Shown one piece after another: positions 44,501 to 54,075 of a DNA stretch of 64,000 nucleotides. Origin of the DNA: a virus. The translations under genes were made by a program, and so were the position numbers. The stretch spans positions 121,653 to 185,652 of the IMG/VR virus record IMGVR_UViG_3300025168_000032; one strand, given 5' to 3'. The notes beneath the pieces were generated by a model. That model made no database searches. It was not told the origin of the DNA and saw only the letters and a program-made list of their open reading frames with translations. Position 1 is the stretch's first letter; the number at the start of each line of letters is the position of its first letter.

Positions 44501-44533
44501 AAAGACTATTTAAGGTTAAAGAGGGATTCAACA

Positions 44534-44872
44534 ATGAAATTAACTAAAGAACTGCTTAGAAATATCATTAAACAGGAACTTAAAGAAGCCTACGGTAACC
44601 TTGGACCAGACGATGACACCGAAGAAGAATACCACGGCTCTATTCATCAACAAAGGGATCAAGATGATGCTAACCGTTCAAGCGAATTCGATAGACAACA
44701 CAACAGCGAAATGAAGAGGGACGAATTTATCCAAACACAGTATATGAATTGGGTTAAAGAACTCGGTAGGGGAAACCCCGAAGACCTTGAGAAGATTGTG
44801 GAAGTTCTAGATGAAGCCTATGACAAACTCGGAGAAGCCTTTGAGCTTGATGGGTATGTGGACTTTTACTAG
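44534..44872 (+). CDS. Acidic protein with MKLTKELLRNIIKQELKE leader
   Basis: CTATTTA at 44506; start reassigned. Confidence 0.6.
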   Translation: MKLTKELLRNIIKQELKEAYGNLGPDDDTEEEYHGSIHQQRDQDDANRSSEFDRQHNSEMKRDEFIQTQYMNWVKELGRGNPEDLEKIVEVLDEAYDKLGEAFELDGYVDFY

Positions 44873-44875
44873 ACC

Positions 44876-45214
44876 ATGAAACCAATAATAATCCAAAACA
44901 GCAAGATCCCCAAGCTACTAAGCATATTCATCGACATATGGGCAATCACTTTATATCCTTTTGTTATTTGTAAGGGAGAGATGAACGAGGTCACTCTAAA
45001 CCATGAGAAGATCCACCTTGCACAACAAAAAGAATTGTGGCTTATTGGCTTCTATCCGTTGTATGCTTTCTATTGGCTTAAGGCCCGTCTATTTTCGGGT
45101 TTAACTTCCAATGAGGCCTACCGTGCCATTCCCTTCGAAAAGGAGGCATACGCCCATGAAACCGATGACCAATACCTTAATAGTCGCGAACGCTTCGCGT
45201 GGAGAAACCAATGA
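44876..45214 (+). CDS. Zincin-like HExxH protein
   Basis: AITLYPF, LNHEKIHLAQ, YRAIPFEKEAY. Confidence 0.7.
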   Translation: MKPIIIQNSKIPKLLSIFIDIWAITLYPFVICKGEMNEVTLNHEKIHLAQQKELWLIGFYPLYAFYWLKARLFSGLTSNEAYRAIPFEKEAYAHETDDQYLNSRERFAWRNQ

Positions 45215-45576
45215 ACTTAATATTTATCCTATTTTTCGCTTCGTGCATAACAAGCACAAGAAGTTTTATAAAGAATGCCCGAACGCAGTTTCCCAAGGGT
45301 TTCTATTGTAATGATATAATAAAGCAAAAAATGAACCAAGCCGGTTGCACTCAATTGTTAATTGATGAAAGCGCAACCGAATTAACGGTTAGGTGCCATA
45401 AGGAAGATAAGGATCGCGGAGAATTCTGGGATAACTGGGTATTTCGCATAACTCGCTCGGATACTGAAATAAATCCAGAAGCCTTTGTGGAAGTTCGACA
45501 ACATACAATATGTATTGATCAAAACATTCGCATTGAGGCATATCCCCCAAGCATTGTTAATATGACATTAAAATAA
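45211..45576 (+). CDS. Predicted lipoprotein
   Basis: MNLIFILFFASC. Confidence 0.55.
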   Translation: MNLIFILFFASCITSTRSFIKNARTQFPKGFYCNDIIKQKMNQAGCTQLLIDESATELTVRCHKEDKDRGEFWDNWVFRITRSDTEINPEAFVEVRQHTICIDQNIRIEAYPPSIVNMTLK

Positions 45577-45649
45577 TGGAGAATAGCGGAATCGAACCGC
45601 TGACCTCCTGAATGCAAATCAGGCGCTCTCCCAACTGAGCTAATTCCCC
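45577..45649 (-). tRNA. tRNA-Ala(TGC), CCA not encoded
   Basis: GGGGAAT/ATTCTCC acceptor with G3:U70; CCTGA-TTTGCAT-TCAGG; GGTTCGATTCC. Confidence 0.95.
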
Positions 45650-45659
45650 TCAAGTCCCA

Positions 45660-46202
45660 TTATTCGAAAAAATCCCTTCGGGATATTGATTTGTAGTGTG
45701 TGCCAATTTCCATTTGGCTCCCTTCGCGCAAACGGTTGCCTTCCCCATCGATTCGGATATTGAAGGAGGCCTTATCGCCTTTGGCGTCATGGCTCTCAAT
45801 TTCGCGCATTTCATCCGCCCAAGCCATCAAGTACGTGGAGCCCTCAAAGGGTTCGCCCTTGAAGTCCGTGCGTAACCCGTAACATAAAATGTTTACGCTT
45901 ACACGATCCACCAATTCGGCCAAGTTTTTAACTTGTTTTTTTGTTAGGAACTGGGCTTCGTCGATGAATACCCATGAACCTTTCTTCCAGCCATACCCAA
46001 ACTCCGTTGTTTGGTCGTATACATAGGCTGTGGCCTGTATGCCTATCCTTGATACAATCAGCCCGCTTCCCCAACGATTGTCGAGAACGTGCGTGAACCT
46101 TGCCACTGACGCTCCTTTGGATTGGAGGTTGTGGGCTTTTTGTAGCAAATGAGTAGACTTACCGGCATCCATTCCCGAATAGTAGAATACTAACTTTGAC
46201 AT
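45660..46202 (-). CDS. tdk: Thymidine kinase
   Basis: YSGMDAGKS, SRIG, FIDEAQFL, YGLRTDF.GEPFEGS; C-terminal Zn cysteines absent. Confidence 0.92.
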   Translation of the reverse strand: MSKLVFYYSGMDAGKSTHLLQKAHNLQSKGASVARFTHVLDNRWGSGLIVSRIGIQATAYVYDQTTEFGYGWKKGSWVFIDEAQFLTKKQVKNLAELVDRVSVNILCYGLRTDFKGEPFEGSTYLMAWADEMREIESHDAKGDKASFNIRIDGEGNRLREGSQMEIGTHYKSISRRDFFE

Positions 46203-46207
46203 ATCTT

Positions 46208-46387
46208 TTACAACATTTGTAATGCGGGGAAATTCAGCATTTTTCCGGCAAATGTGATCGCGGCAGCGATACACCATAGGCCTGCGGCCCATGCAACAAT
46301 ATACATTGCCACTTGCAAACAGGTGTCAAATGGGCTAGATGCCATTTTCTTCGCGTATTCTTTGACTGTTTCTTTTATATTATCCAT
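46208..46387 (-). CDS. 59-aa membrane protein (not in track)
   Basis: AGGAGG RBS; MDNIKETVKEY...TM helix. Confidence 0.55.
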   Translation of the reverse strand: MDNIKETVKEYAKKMASSPFDTCLQVAMYIVAWAAGLWCIAAAITFAGKMLNFPALQML

Positions 46388-46413
46388 GTTATAACCTCCT
46401 GCGGTTGTTTTGT

Positions 46414-46441
46414 ATTATAACCTATTAAAAAATTTTGTCAA
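46414..46441 (-). promoter_or_regulatory. sigma70-type promoter for the minus-strand tdk/tRNA unit
   Basis: TTGACA-N16-TATAAT on the - strand. Confidence 0.7.
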
Positions 46442-46472
46442 GGAAAAATGGTATTTTGTTTCTATTTAACGC

Positions 46473-46865
46473 ATGGATTTAATAACAACATATTTTTGCA
46501 AGGCAAGTCAAGTGGGATATCATGGCAATCTTTTTGGCGGGCGAATGCTCGCGTGGCTCGATGAGGCCGGAGCGGCCTATACCGCCCAATGTTGCGATTC
46601 CCCCCGAATGGTCACTAAGCATATATCGTCCGTAACGTTCGAAAAACCGGTCCGTCCGGGTCAGATCATTAAGATATACGGGGAAGTAAAGAAAGTCGGA
46701 AATACAAGCATTACCATCCGTTTAGAGGCACGTAGGCATAGTGTGTACAATGGTACCCAAAGGATGGTATGTTCCACGGAGATGGTTTTTGTCCGTATTG
46801 ACGGGGATGGAGAAAGTATCCCTTTAAGCCAAAAAGTAAAGGACAAATACAATAAAAAAGACTAA
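46473..46865 (+). CDS. Acyl-CoA thioesterase (hotdog fold, YciA-like)
   Basis: GYHGNLFGGRMLAWLDEAG, VTFEKPV..G, VGNTSI, MVFV. Confidence 0.88.
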   Translation: MDLITTYFCKASQVGYHGNLFGGRMLAWLDEAGAAYTAQCCDSPRMVTKHISSVTFEKPVRPGQIIKIYGEVKKVGNTSITIRLEARRHSVYNGTQRMVCSTEMVFVRIDGDGESIPLSQKVKDKYNKKD

Positions 46866-46890
46866 TTATTGCAAAAGGAATAATGTAATA

Positions 46891-48801
46891 ATGAGTTTTA
46901 ATACTAATAAGTGGAAAAAATTTTTACTGACGGAGAGCGAGCAACCTGAATTGCTTGAAGAGGCTCTCGAAGATCGTGTGCCGGTTTCTGTTGCCGAAGA
47001 GATAAGAGAGGACGCCTCTACGATGTCTTGGGTAAAGGGCGGAAAGCACCCCCAAGACGAAAAGGGTATGGAAAACCTTCTCGCGGATTGGTTTGTGCAA
47101 GCGCACGATCCCAAAGACTATGTGAGCCCAAGAAGGTGGTCTGAGTTTAATGAAAACTGGGCAAGAAATCAAGTAGTGGGGGTTATCGCTGATTTTTGGG
47201 AAAAAGCAAAGGGAAAAACCAACCCTCACATGCACCCCCTCCCTTCTGGTCACATGCAAGCGAGACAATTTCCAATTCTTAAAATGTTAGAGTATGATAA
47301 AAATCTGAATATTTCATTGGCGCAAGCACATCATGAAATGCAATCGTTCATTGTGTTGGGTAGTGAAGGTCGCACGAAATCTTGGGAGGGAACAAAGAGG
47401 CGGTTTATGGCAGACCCTGATTCTCCAAAGGGAGCGTGGATTGACAGACCCATGCCGGAAGCTTGGATGACCACTCCAAACCCAGCCACCATGACCAAAC
47501 CAGCGGTATTCAGAATTGCAAAAGGGTTTAAGAAATACCAAGTACGATCAAGAGGCGTCTTTGGGCCTGATATGCACAGCATGGATTTTCCATTTGATAT
47601 TGACTTTAAAACTGATGCTCCAACCTTTCAGACTATCGTAGATTATTTAAAACCGATTGACGAGCAATTCAACAAACTCACCGACCAAGAGGAAATCCAA
47701 ACCTATTATAACGAAGCAAATAGTTTAATCATGAGATCGTTTGGAAGGGTCTCTGCTCGGGAAATGAAATTGACATACAACTACTTGGTTGGAAAGCCAA
47801 AATCAGCACTCCCCGAATCTTCACTTGAAAAAATCAAGGCCGTTGCAGACGATACAAAAAAGTATTTTGGCGAGCAAGACCCGCTTTCTTATAAAATAAT
47901 GAACGGCGTTCACAAAAGATTAAAAAAGATTATAAACAGAGATGAAGGTGTAGAAGGCGAAGTTAAAGATGAAATGCTTATAAAACTACAACGGCACTTT
48001 TTAATGGCTTACAAGGGCTTGTATGTGGAGCTTATAAGGGACAGCAAAGACATTTTTGAATTTCTTGGCCTAAAAGCAGCAGGTTGGCGGGAGCTTAAAG
48101 GGAAAAGTCTTATAGATGCCATACGGTATTGTAAAGCTGCTATTAATAATTTTGAATCCGAAGACCAAGTTCGAATAAAGTACCCTGACGGTTCTTATTG
48201 GTATGAGATCGGAGCCGCTGGTTGTGAGGGAGATGAGGATAACGAGTGGAGAGACAAAGAATTAAAAAAAGCCGCTCAAAGACACGCCAACTGTGCTGCT
48301 GATGCTCATGGTTCTCTCTGGACTCTACGGTACAAAGACAAAGAAGGCTTAATTGAGTCTGAGGTCATGGTTTCATATTTCAAAGAACACAACAGAATTG
48401 GACAGATTAAAGGCAGCTTACCAAACTCAGTTGAAGGGCAAGGAAACCGCGCACCAGCAGAAAAATGGTGGAAACACACCCTTGACCTCATCAATCAACT
48501 TAAAATAACCGAAATTTACGAAGAAGGCCAATATACAACCTCAGACCAGCAAGGGAAGTTCAAACCATTCTTACTCTGGATTAAAAAGAATGCTAAGCAC
48601 GATGTTTATGTGAGAGTCAGTCCAGACCCAGATGAATGGCAAGCAAACCCAGAAGATGCAGAAAACCCTTGGGGCCCAGAGGCACCAGTGCCTTTTCAAG
48701 AAAGATTAAAAAGAAACCTTAACCTTAAACCAAAGAAAAAACTAAGTAATAACGCACAAGCAAAAATAGAATGGTATAATAAACGGAGAAACCGAAAATG
48801 A
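46891..48801 (+). CDS. Large hypothetical protein (tandem paralogue A)
   Basis: W...G..GC, HANC...HGSLWTLR, QIKG...N..P domain; KWKKFLLTE leader. Confidence 0.6.
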   Translation: MSFNTNKWKKFLLTESEQPELLEEALEDRVPVSVAEEIREDASTMSWVKGGKHPQDEKGMENLLADWFVQAHDPKDYVSPRRWSEFNENWARNQVVGVIADFWEKAKGKTNPHMHPLPSGHMQARQFPILKMLEYDKNLNISLAQAHHEMQSFIVLGSEGRTKSWEGTKRRFMADPDSPKGAWIDRPMPEAWMTTPNPATMTKPAVFRIAKGFKKYQVRSRGVFGPDMHSMDFPFDIDFKTDAPTFQTIVDYLKPIDEQFNKLTDQEEIQTYYNEANSLIMRSFGRVSAREMKLTYNYLVGKPKSALPESSLEKIKAVADDTKKYFGEQDPLSYKIMNGVHKRLKKIINRDEGVEGEVKDEMLIKLQRHFLMAYKGLYVELIRDSKDIFEFLGLKAAGWRELKGKSLIDAIRYCKAAINNFESEDQVRIKYPDGSYWYEIGAAGCEGDEDNEWRDKELKKAAQRHANCAADAHGSLWTLRYKDKEGLIESEVMVSYFKEHNRIGQIKGSLPNSVEGQGNRAPAEKWWKHTLDLINQLKITEIYEEGQYTTSDQQGKFKPFLLWIKKNAKHDVYVRVSPDPDEWQANPEDAENPWGPEAPVPFQERLKRNLNLKPKKKLSNNAQAKIEWYNKRRNRK

Positions 48802-51026
48802 TTAAAGTACGAATTAAACGAAACATAAGCGAGGACATGCTCCAAGAAGCTATGCGCCTTGAAGACATGGGTTTACCGACTATGCTTGTTACGCTTATCA
48901 AAAACGATGTCAAAAAACGTGAAGCACAAGTTAGACTAGGCTCGCTCTTAAAAGAAAAAGAACTCCCTTTGAGAGTCTTGAGAAGTGTCTACGACCTTGC
49001 TGGTAAGTCTTTTCAATGGCGGGACCTTATCGATACAGGCGGAGACTCCGAGAAGGTATCAAAAATAGAGAAAATATTTGGTTTTTCAGATACAGATACA
49101 ATGGCTGGTCTTGAGTGGATGCGCGATTTCCGCAGGTTCGGAATTGAAGCAATCCCCCAAGATCGAAGAAACGACAGATATACCTTGAAAAATTTGAAAG
49201 GGCTTCGAAAATCAATCAACAAAATGCTTAGAAAACTTGATTTATCAGAAAAGGCTATAAATCAAAGATTAGACGAAATTATAATTCAATATTATCAATA
49301 CCATATTCAAGATAATGATGAAGGTAATAAGATTGTTGCCTTTTTGAATGAGCACCCCGACAACCATAAAGACATAGCTGATATGAATCTGAGTGAAGCG
49401 GAAGATTATGTTTCAAGTTATTTTGAACAGAAAGAGGATGAAAACCGTATCGTAAAAAAGTATGAAAAAGAAAATCTGTTTTGGTATCACTTGGGAGAAG
49501 GTAGCTGCGATTTAGAAGCTCAGAGAATGGGACACTGTGGTGCCGATGATCGAGGTGTTTTGTTCTCTTTAAGATCAAAAGGTCCAAAGCAAAAGGTTTC
49601 CGATTCTCATGTCACTATCTCATATAATGAATTTGAAGACACTGTTTATCAAATCAAAGGAAAACAAAACTGTACCCCGGATGAAAAATACGGACCATAT
49701 ATTGTTGATTTTTTAGAAATGTATGACGTTAAAAAAATAGAAGAGTCTGGGGAGCATTCTAGTTGTGACTTTTCCGAATTTATTCAATATCTATCTGAAA
49801 GATACGAGGCGGAATACTCTGGGAATAATTTACAGGAACTAGAAGAATTGGATTCTGAAATTTCTAACGGAGACTATAATACCGAATATATAAATTTTTA
49901 TTCCAATGTGGATGAATACAATGATGACCCAAACAGACCAACGATATATATTGAAGCTAGTGTCGGGTTCGACACAGAACTAGATCTCCTAAATGACATC
50001 AGTGATGAACAATGGGAAAAAATAGAAGAGCTTTTTGAAGATGAGTATGAAGATATAACAGAGTCTGTAATCGATGCCTGCGGCTTTGATCATTATGATG
50101 GTGGTAATGCTGAAATAGATCTTACGATAAGTCGAGTTATCAACGGATCAGTGGATATAACAACAGGGTTCAACCTAAGTAACGAGAATAATTATCATAG
50201 AGACAGAGAGGAAGCGGAAAGCCACATCAGAGAACTGAAATATAGTTACGAAGATTCAGATATTGATAATTTTAGAAATGATATTGATGAAGTAATGATG
50301 AAATATTTCAAGAAATTTTTGTCTTCTGAAAGTATTGACGAGTTTAATAAAATAAAAGACAGGATTAGTGAGATAGAGGATGGTTTTAATTATTTCACGG
50401 CATGGCTTAATGAAGAAGAAGATGAAATAGTGTTTCACACGGTTGAAGTAGAATTGCCAATTCGTATTCCAATACTCCCAAGGCCAAATAAATTTCCTAC
50501 TTCACAAAATGTACCATACACCAGAGAGCTTAGAACCTATAACAAGATGATAGCTAGCAACATTGAAGATATGCGTAGATCCCTAATTAACTCTGTGCAA
50601 GACCACAGCAAAAAAGCAATTGCAGCAGCAAAGAGACAAGTAAGACTACCACTAGACATACCCAAAGGAAAGGAACCGAAAGTGATAATACGACCACAAC
50701 TTGTCAATTTCATTGTAACCGGCCCTTCCGATAATGTTCTCTCCGGGGGTCTTAAACACAAAAATCAGGAAACTGTTGTTCCCAGAATTAGAATGAAAAT
50801 AGAAATGACTTTAACATGGACTGACGATCTTGAAGATATCTTGGGGGGTATGGAATATATCAGTTATATGGACAAAAATATGTCAAGTATAATCAGAAAC
50901 ACACAGAAAAATATGGATAAATTCGAGGGACAAGTCAGGTACTCACACGGATTGGCGTTAAAGAGCATCTTGAAGATGATGAATGAGAATAAACAAAGAT
51001 CAAAGATCAAAATAAGACTCAAGTAA
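48798..51026 (+). CDS. Large acidic hypothetical protein (tandem paralogue B)
   Basis: WYHLG.GSC..E..RMGHCG..GVLFSLR, YQIKGKQN..P. Confidence 0.6.
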   Translation: MIKVRIKRNISEDMLQEAMRLEDMGLPTMLVTLIKNDVKKREAQVRLGSLLKEKELPLRVLRSVYDLAGKSFQWRDLIDTGGDSEKVSKIEKIFGFSDTDTMAGLEWMRDFRRFGIEAIPQDRRNDRYTLKNLKGLRKSINKMLRKLDLSEKAINQRLDEIIIQYYQYHIQDNDEGNKIVAFLNEHPDNHKDIADMNLSEAEDYVSSYFEQKEDENRIVKKYEKENLFWYHLGEGSCDLEAQRMGHCGADDRGVLFSLRSKGPKQKVSDSHVTISYNEFEDTVYQIKGKQNCTPDEKYGPYIVDFLEMYDVKKIEESGEHSSCDFSEFIQYLSERYEAEYSGNNLQELEELDSEISNGDYNTEYINFYSNVDEYNDDPNRPTIYIEASVGFDTELDLLNDISDEQWEKIEELFEDEYEDITESVIDACGFDHYDGGNAEIDLTISRVINGSVDITTGFNLSNENNYHRDREEAESHIRELKYSYEDSDIDNFRNDIDEVMMKYFKKFLSSESIDEFNKIKDRISEIEDGFNYFTAWLNEEEDEIVFHTVEVELPIRIPILPRPNKFPTSQNVPYTRELRTYNKMIASNIEDMRRSLINSVQDHSKKAIAAAKRQVRLPLDIPKGKEPKVIIRPQLVNFIVTGPSDNVLSGGLKHKNQETVVPRIRMKIEMTLTWTDDLEDILGGMEYISYMDKNMSSIIRNTQKNMDKFEGQVRYSHGLALKSILKMMNENKQRSKIKIRLK

Positions 51027-51104
51027 TGCAACAATAAAAATCGAACCCAATATGCCAACTGCTATCAGTATTTTTATAAATGTGAAGCTTTCGTATGCAT
51101 CCAT
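51000..51104 (-). CDS. 34-aa membrane peptide (not in track)
   Basis: MDAYESFTFIKILIAVGILGSIFIVALLESYFDL; CTAATTA-N4-ATG. Confidence 0.45.
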   Translation of the reverse strand: MDAYESFTFIKILIAVGILGSIFIVALLESYFDL

Positions 51105-51111
51105 GTAATAA

Positions 51112-51351
51112 TTAGTCATCCTCTGCGAGGGAATAGCTTTTATGTATATCTATTTTTTCTGATCTTTCTTTTTCGTTTTCCGCTGTTTGGAGTTGTTCTT
51201 TGTGAAATACAAATAATCTATCTTCACTCATAACGTAAACAACCCACCACTCTTCATCATATTCACTCTTTCTTACAAGAATGCCATGAGTGCCCCATGG
51301 CACATGAGTAGTAGCTATTGTATATACTTTTACAAGGTCTCCCGGTTTCAT
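51112..51351 (-). CDS. SH3/KOW-like protein
   Basis: MKPGDLVKV..HGILV..WVVYV. Confidence 0.65.
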   Translation of the reverse strand: MKPGDLVKVYTIATTHVPWGTHGILVRKSEYDEEWWVVYVMSEDRLFVFHKEQLQTAENEKERSEKIDIHKSYSLAEDD

Positions 51352-51356
51352 ATCAT

Positions 51357-51372
51357 AAATAACTAGTTATTT
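51357..51372. promoter_or_regulatory. Perfect 16-bp palindrome, putative bidirectional late promoter
   Basis: AAATAACTAGTTATTT between divergent SH3-like genes; CTAGTTA on both strands. Confidence 0.65.
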
Positions 51373-51373
51373 C

Positions 51374-51601
51374 ATGGACAGGGATTTAAGAATTGGTGAT
51401 TTAGTAATCATAAAAAAAGAATTACAAGAAATTGTTGGTATTAAACATATTGGCATTATAATTGCTGAGGCTCGAATAATACCGTCTGAAGTTATAGATT
51501 GCGATATAGAGGAGATAGATTCATTTAATATTTACTTTGCAGATTTGGATACACTATATACAATCCCTAAAGGATGTGTAGAAAAAGTACCCGATATGTA
51601 A
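51374..51601 (+). CDS. SH3/KOW-like protein
   Basis: LRIGDLVII..HIGIII..IYF. Confidence 0.65.
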   Translation: MDRDLRIGDLVIIKKELQEIVGIKHIGIIIAEARIIPSEVIDCDIEEIDSFNIYFADLDTLYTIPKGCVEKVPDM

Positions 51602-51644
51602 GAATAGCCATTTTCACTCATAGTTATTTTAGGAGGGTTTATGA

Positions 51645-52652
51645 ATGAATATTTTAATGTTAATTTTTCTTTCTTGTTTCGGAGACAGCACCTTGACCCA
51701 CGAGGTAGAAAAAATAGTTTACAAAGACAGAGAGGTTATTGTAGAGGTTGAGAAGCAGGTTGAAATACCAATTGTTGTTATTAAAGAAGTTGAGGTCTTG
51801 GTCGAGGATACAGATGATGATGCGGCTGATGTTTGGGTCGAGAATTTTACTCAACCTATGTCAGTTAACGGGGTTGATATTCTATGGGTGATTGATCCTT
51901 CCGGTTCAATGTATAATGATAAGCCCCAGATATTAGACGGTATAGCAGATATGATGAGTGTACTACCAGCCACTGATTGGAGATTAGCAATCATATCATC
52001 TGATTATAGATGGGCGGAAAATGAAAATCAGTTCCCACTAATTCCCGGCGATACTGCTGCTGACGCTGAGGCAATGTATAGTGCGTCGGTGGTCGGAGCA
52101 TTCGAGGCAGGGTTCGATGCAACTTACGGCTATATCATGAATAATCCATATGCTCAAACTTGGCTTCGGCATGATGCTGCTTTACTTGTTGTATTTGTTT
52201 CTGACGAAAATGAACAGAGTCAAACATATTTTAGTGCGACAAACGAATTCACTCAATGGTATTCTAACGTGAGACAAAGTGTCTTTATTGCTTCTATAGT
52301 TAATTTCGATCCTGCTGTTTCATTGTGTAACTCTTCGTCAACTTTGAATACGGGTACAGAATATATGGATGCGACCAATTATTTTGGGGGACAAATAATA
52401 GATATTTGCAATGAAGATTGGAGCGCTGGTGTTGCGGATGCTTCTAATCAGACAGCACCTTATGAATATTGGGATCTATCCAAGACACCGCTATACGAAG
52501 ACCGAATTTATATTTTTATTAATGGGGTTGAAGTGAAAGACACTGATGGTGTGGATATTTTTTGGCGCTTCGTTCCTAGCGAAAACCGCATTTATTTTGA
52601 TAAAATACCAGATGGAGGAGCATTGGTAGAGGTTGCATATTATTATGAATAA
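51645..52652 (+). CDS. vWA-domain lipoprotein
   Basis: Lipobox FLSC; VDILWVIDPSGSM (DxSxS), VVFVSDENEQS. Confidence 0.75.
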   Translation: MNILMLIFLSCFGDSTLTHEVEKIVYKDREVIVEVEKQVEIPIVVIKEVEVLVEDTDDDAADVWVENFTQPMSVNGVDILWVIDPSGSMYNDKPQILDGIADMMSVLPATDWRLAIISSDYRWAENENQFPLIPGDTAADAEAMYSASVVGAFEAGFDATYGYIMNNPYAQTWLRHDAALLVVFVSDENEQSQTYFSATNEFTQWYSNVRQSVFIASIVNFDPAVSLCNSSSTLNTGTEYMDATNYFGGQIIDICNEDWSAGVADASNQTAPYEYWDLSKTPLYEDRIYIFINGVEVKDTDGVDIFWRFVPSENRIYFDKIPDGGALVEVAYYYE

Positions 52653-52694
52653 TGTAACTATTTATTTTTGTTAAGATAAAAAAGTAAAAATTAT

Positions 52695-52723
52695 TTGACA
52701 AAATAAGCAAAACGTGTTATATA
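52695..52723 (+). promoter_or_regulatory. sigma70-type promoter
   Basis: TTGACA-N17-TATATA with TG extension. Confidence 0.7.
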
Positions 52724-52741
52724 CTAAAGGAGATTTCTATT

Positions 52742-53305
52742 TTGAGTTTATTTACAATTCTACTAACTGTATTACTTGCGTGTGTCGCGCCCAAGTCTAA
52801 AACAGAAACAGCAATAGAAGAACCCACTGAATGTGGGTATGACGTCGGTGAGTATGCATGCAATTTTACACTTTTGAATCAAAAAGACAAAAAAGTAAGT
52901 TTATGGGATTTCACGGGACAAACAATAATACTTGATTTCTCAACCGCGTGGTGCTACTATTGCAAAGTTGCCGCTATGGACGAGAACAGCTTACTTGAAG
53001 AATACAAATCACACAATCTTGTTTGGGTTACTGTTTTACTCCAAGATAAACAAGGCAATAAACCATCTATCAACGATCTTAAAGCATGGGCCTTAGAATA
53101 TGATCTAAAAGACCCAATCCTGTCCGGTGAAGAGTCGATTGTAGACTTTGAAAACGATGAAATCAACACCGGGTACAAATGCGGTGGATACCCTACGTTT
53201 GTTTTGATTGACAAAGATATGATTATCGACCAATATATGTTTGGTTGGTCCTCAAGTGGAATCAGAGAAATCTTGAATCAACATTTCCAATTGAGGGTGA
53301 AGTAA
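52742..53305 (+). CDS. TlpA/AhpC-TSA redoxin lipoprotein
   Basis: LLAC lipobox; NFTL..Q....SL.DF.G, WCYYC, GYPTF..ID. Confidence 0.8.
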   Translation: MSLFTILLTVLLACVAPKSKTETAIEEPTECGYDVGEYACNFTLLNQKDKKVSLWDFTGQTIILDFSTAWCYYCKVAAMDENSLLEEYKSHNLVWVTVLLQDKQGNKPSINDLKAWALEYDLKDPILSGEESIVDFENDEINTGYKCGGYPTFVLIDKDMIIDQYMFGWSSSGIREILNQHFQLRVK

Positions 53306-54075
53306 TGAAACTTTTAATGGAAAACTGGCGGCGTTACCTAACCGAAAACAAGGAAGAATATCTTAAGACTCTTGGGTTGCACGTAACTAAAACCGATGGT
53401 GAATATAATATTCACCTATATGAGTGGAATACCGAGAGGTCTCGTGATGGTTGGCCTATGATTGTTGGCAGTCTGGGGACAATGCAGATGCCCGGTGCAG
53501 GTAGCCCCGAACCTTGTATACCTACCACACAAGAAATAGGCAAGTCAGCAGTAAGAACCGAACGACAAGGAAGAGGTATTGGCTCACATATGTACGAAGT
53601 TGCCGCTTATTACATGAAAGCAGAGCAAGATGGGGGCATTACTTCCGACCACAGCGCTAGCACAACCAAAGATGCTGCCAAAGTGTGGATGAAGTTGAAA
53701 AACAGACTCAACTATATTAAACGAAAGACACCGAAAGGCCCGGATAAAGAAACATTCAACCCAAATACTGGTGAAATCTTGCCCGCGTACAAAGGCAGCA
53801 ATGATGAATACGACTATGATAAGTCGACACCCGACCCAAATGATGATTGTTATTTGCCAACAGACGGTAAGCCGGCATCTGATAACAGTTTGCAGATTCC
53901 TCCGGATAGAATGGGGTATATTGCGAAACTTATGGAGATTCAACTCGATAATTTTGATAAAATGATGTCAAAAGCAGAAAAGTTTGATGTTCAAGACGCA
54001 GGGTCAGACGGGGCAGGTCTTTTTGATAGAGAATACGACCCCTACATATCAGGAATTCACGGAGATGATGACTAA
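53305..54075 (+). CDS. GNAT-like protein with MKLLMENWRRYLTE leader
   Basis: VRTERQGRGIGSHMY acetyl-CoA motif; start reassigned. Confidence 0.55.
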   Translation: MKLLMENWRRYLTENKEEYLKTLGLHVTKTDGEYNIHLYEWNTERSRDGWPMIVGSLGTMQMPGAGSPEPCIPTTQEIGKSAVRTERQGRGIGSHMYEVAAYYMKAEQDGGITSDHSASTTKDAAKVWMKLKNRLNYIKRKTPKGPDKETFNPNTGEILPAYKGSNDEYDYDKSTPDPNDDCYLPTDGKPASDNSLQIPPDRMGYIAKLMEIQLDNFDKMMSKAEKFDVQDAGSDGAGLFDREYDPYISGIHGDDD

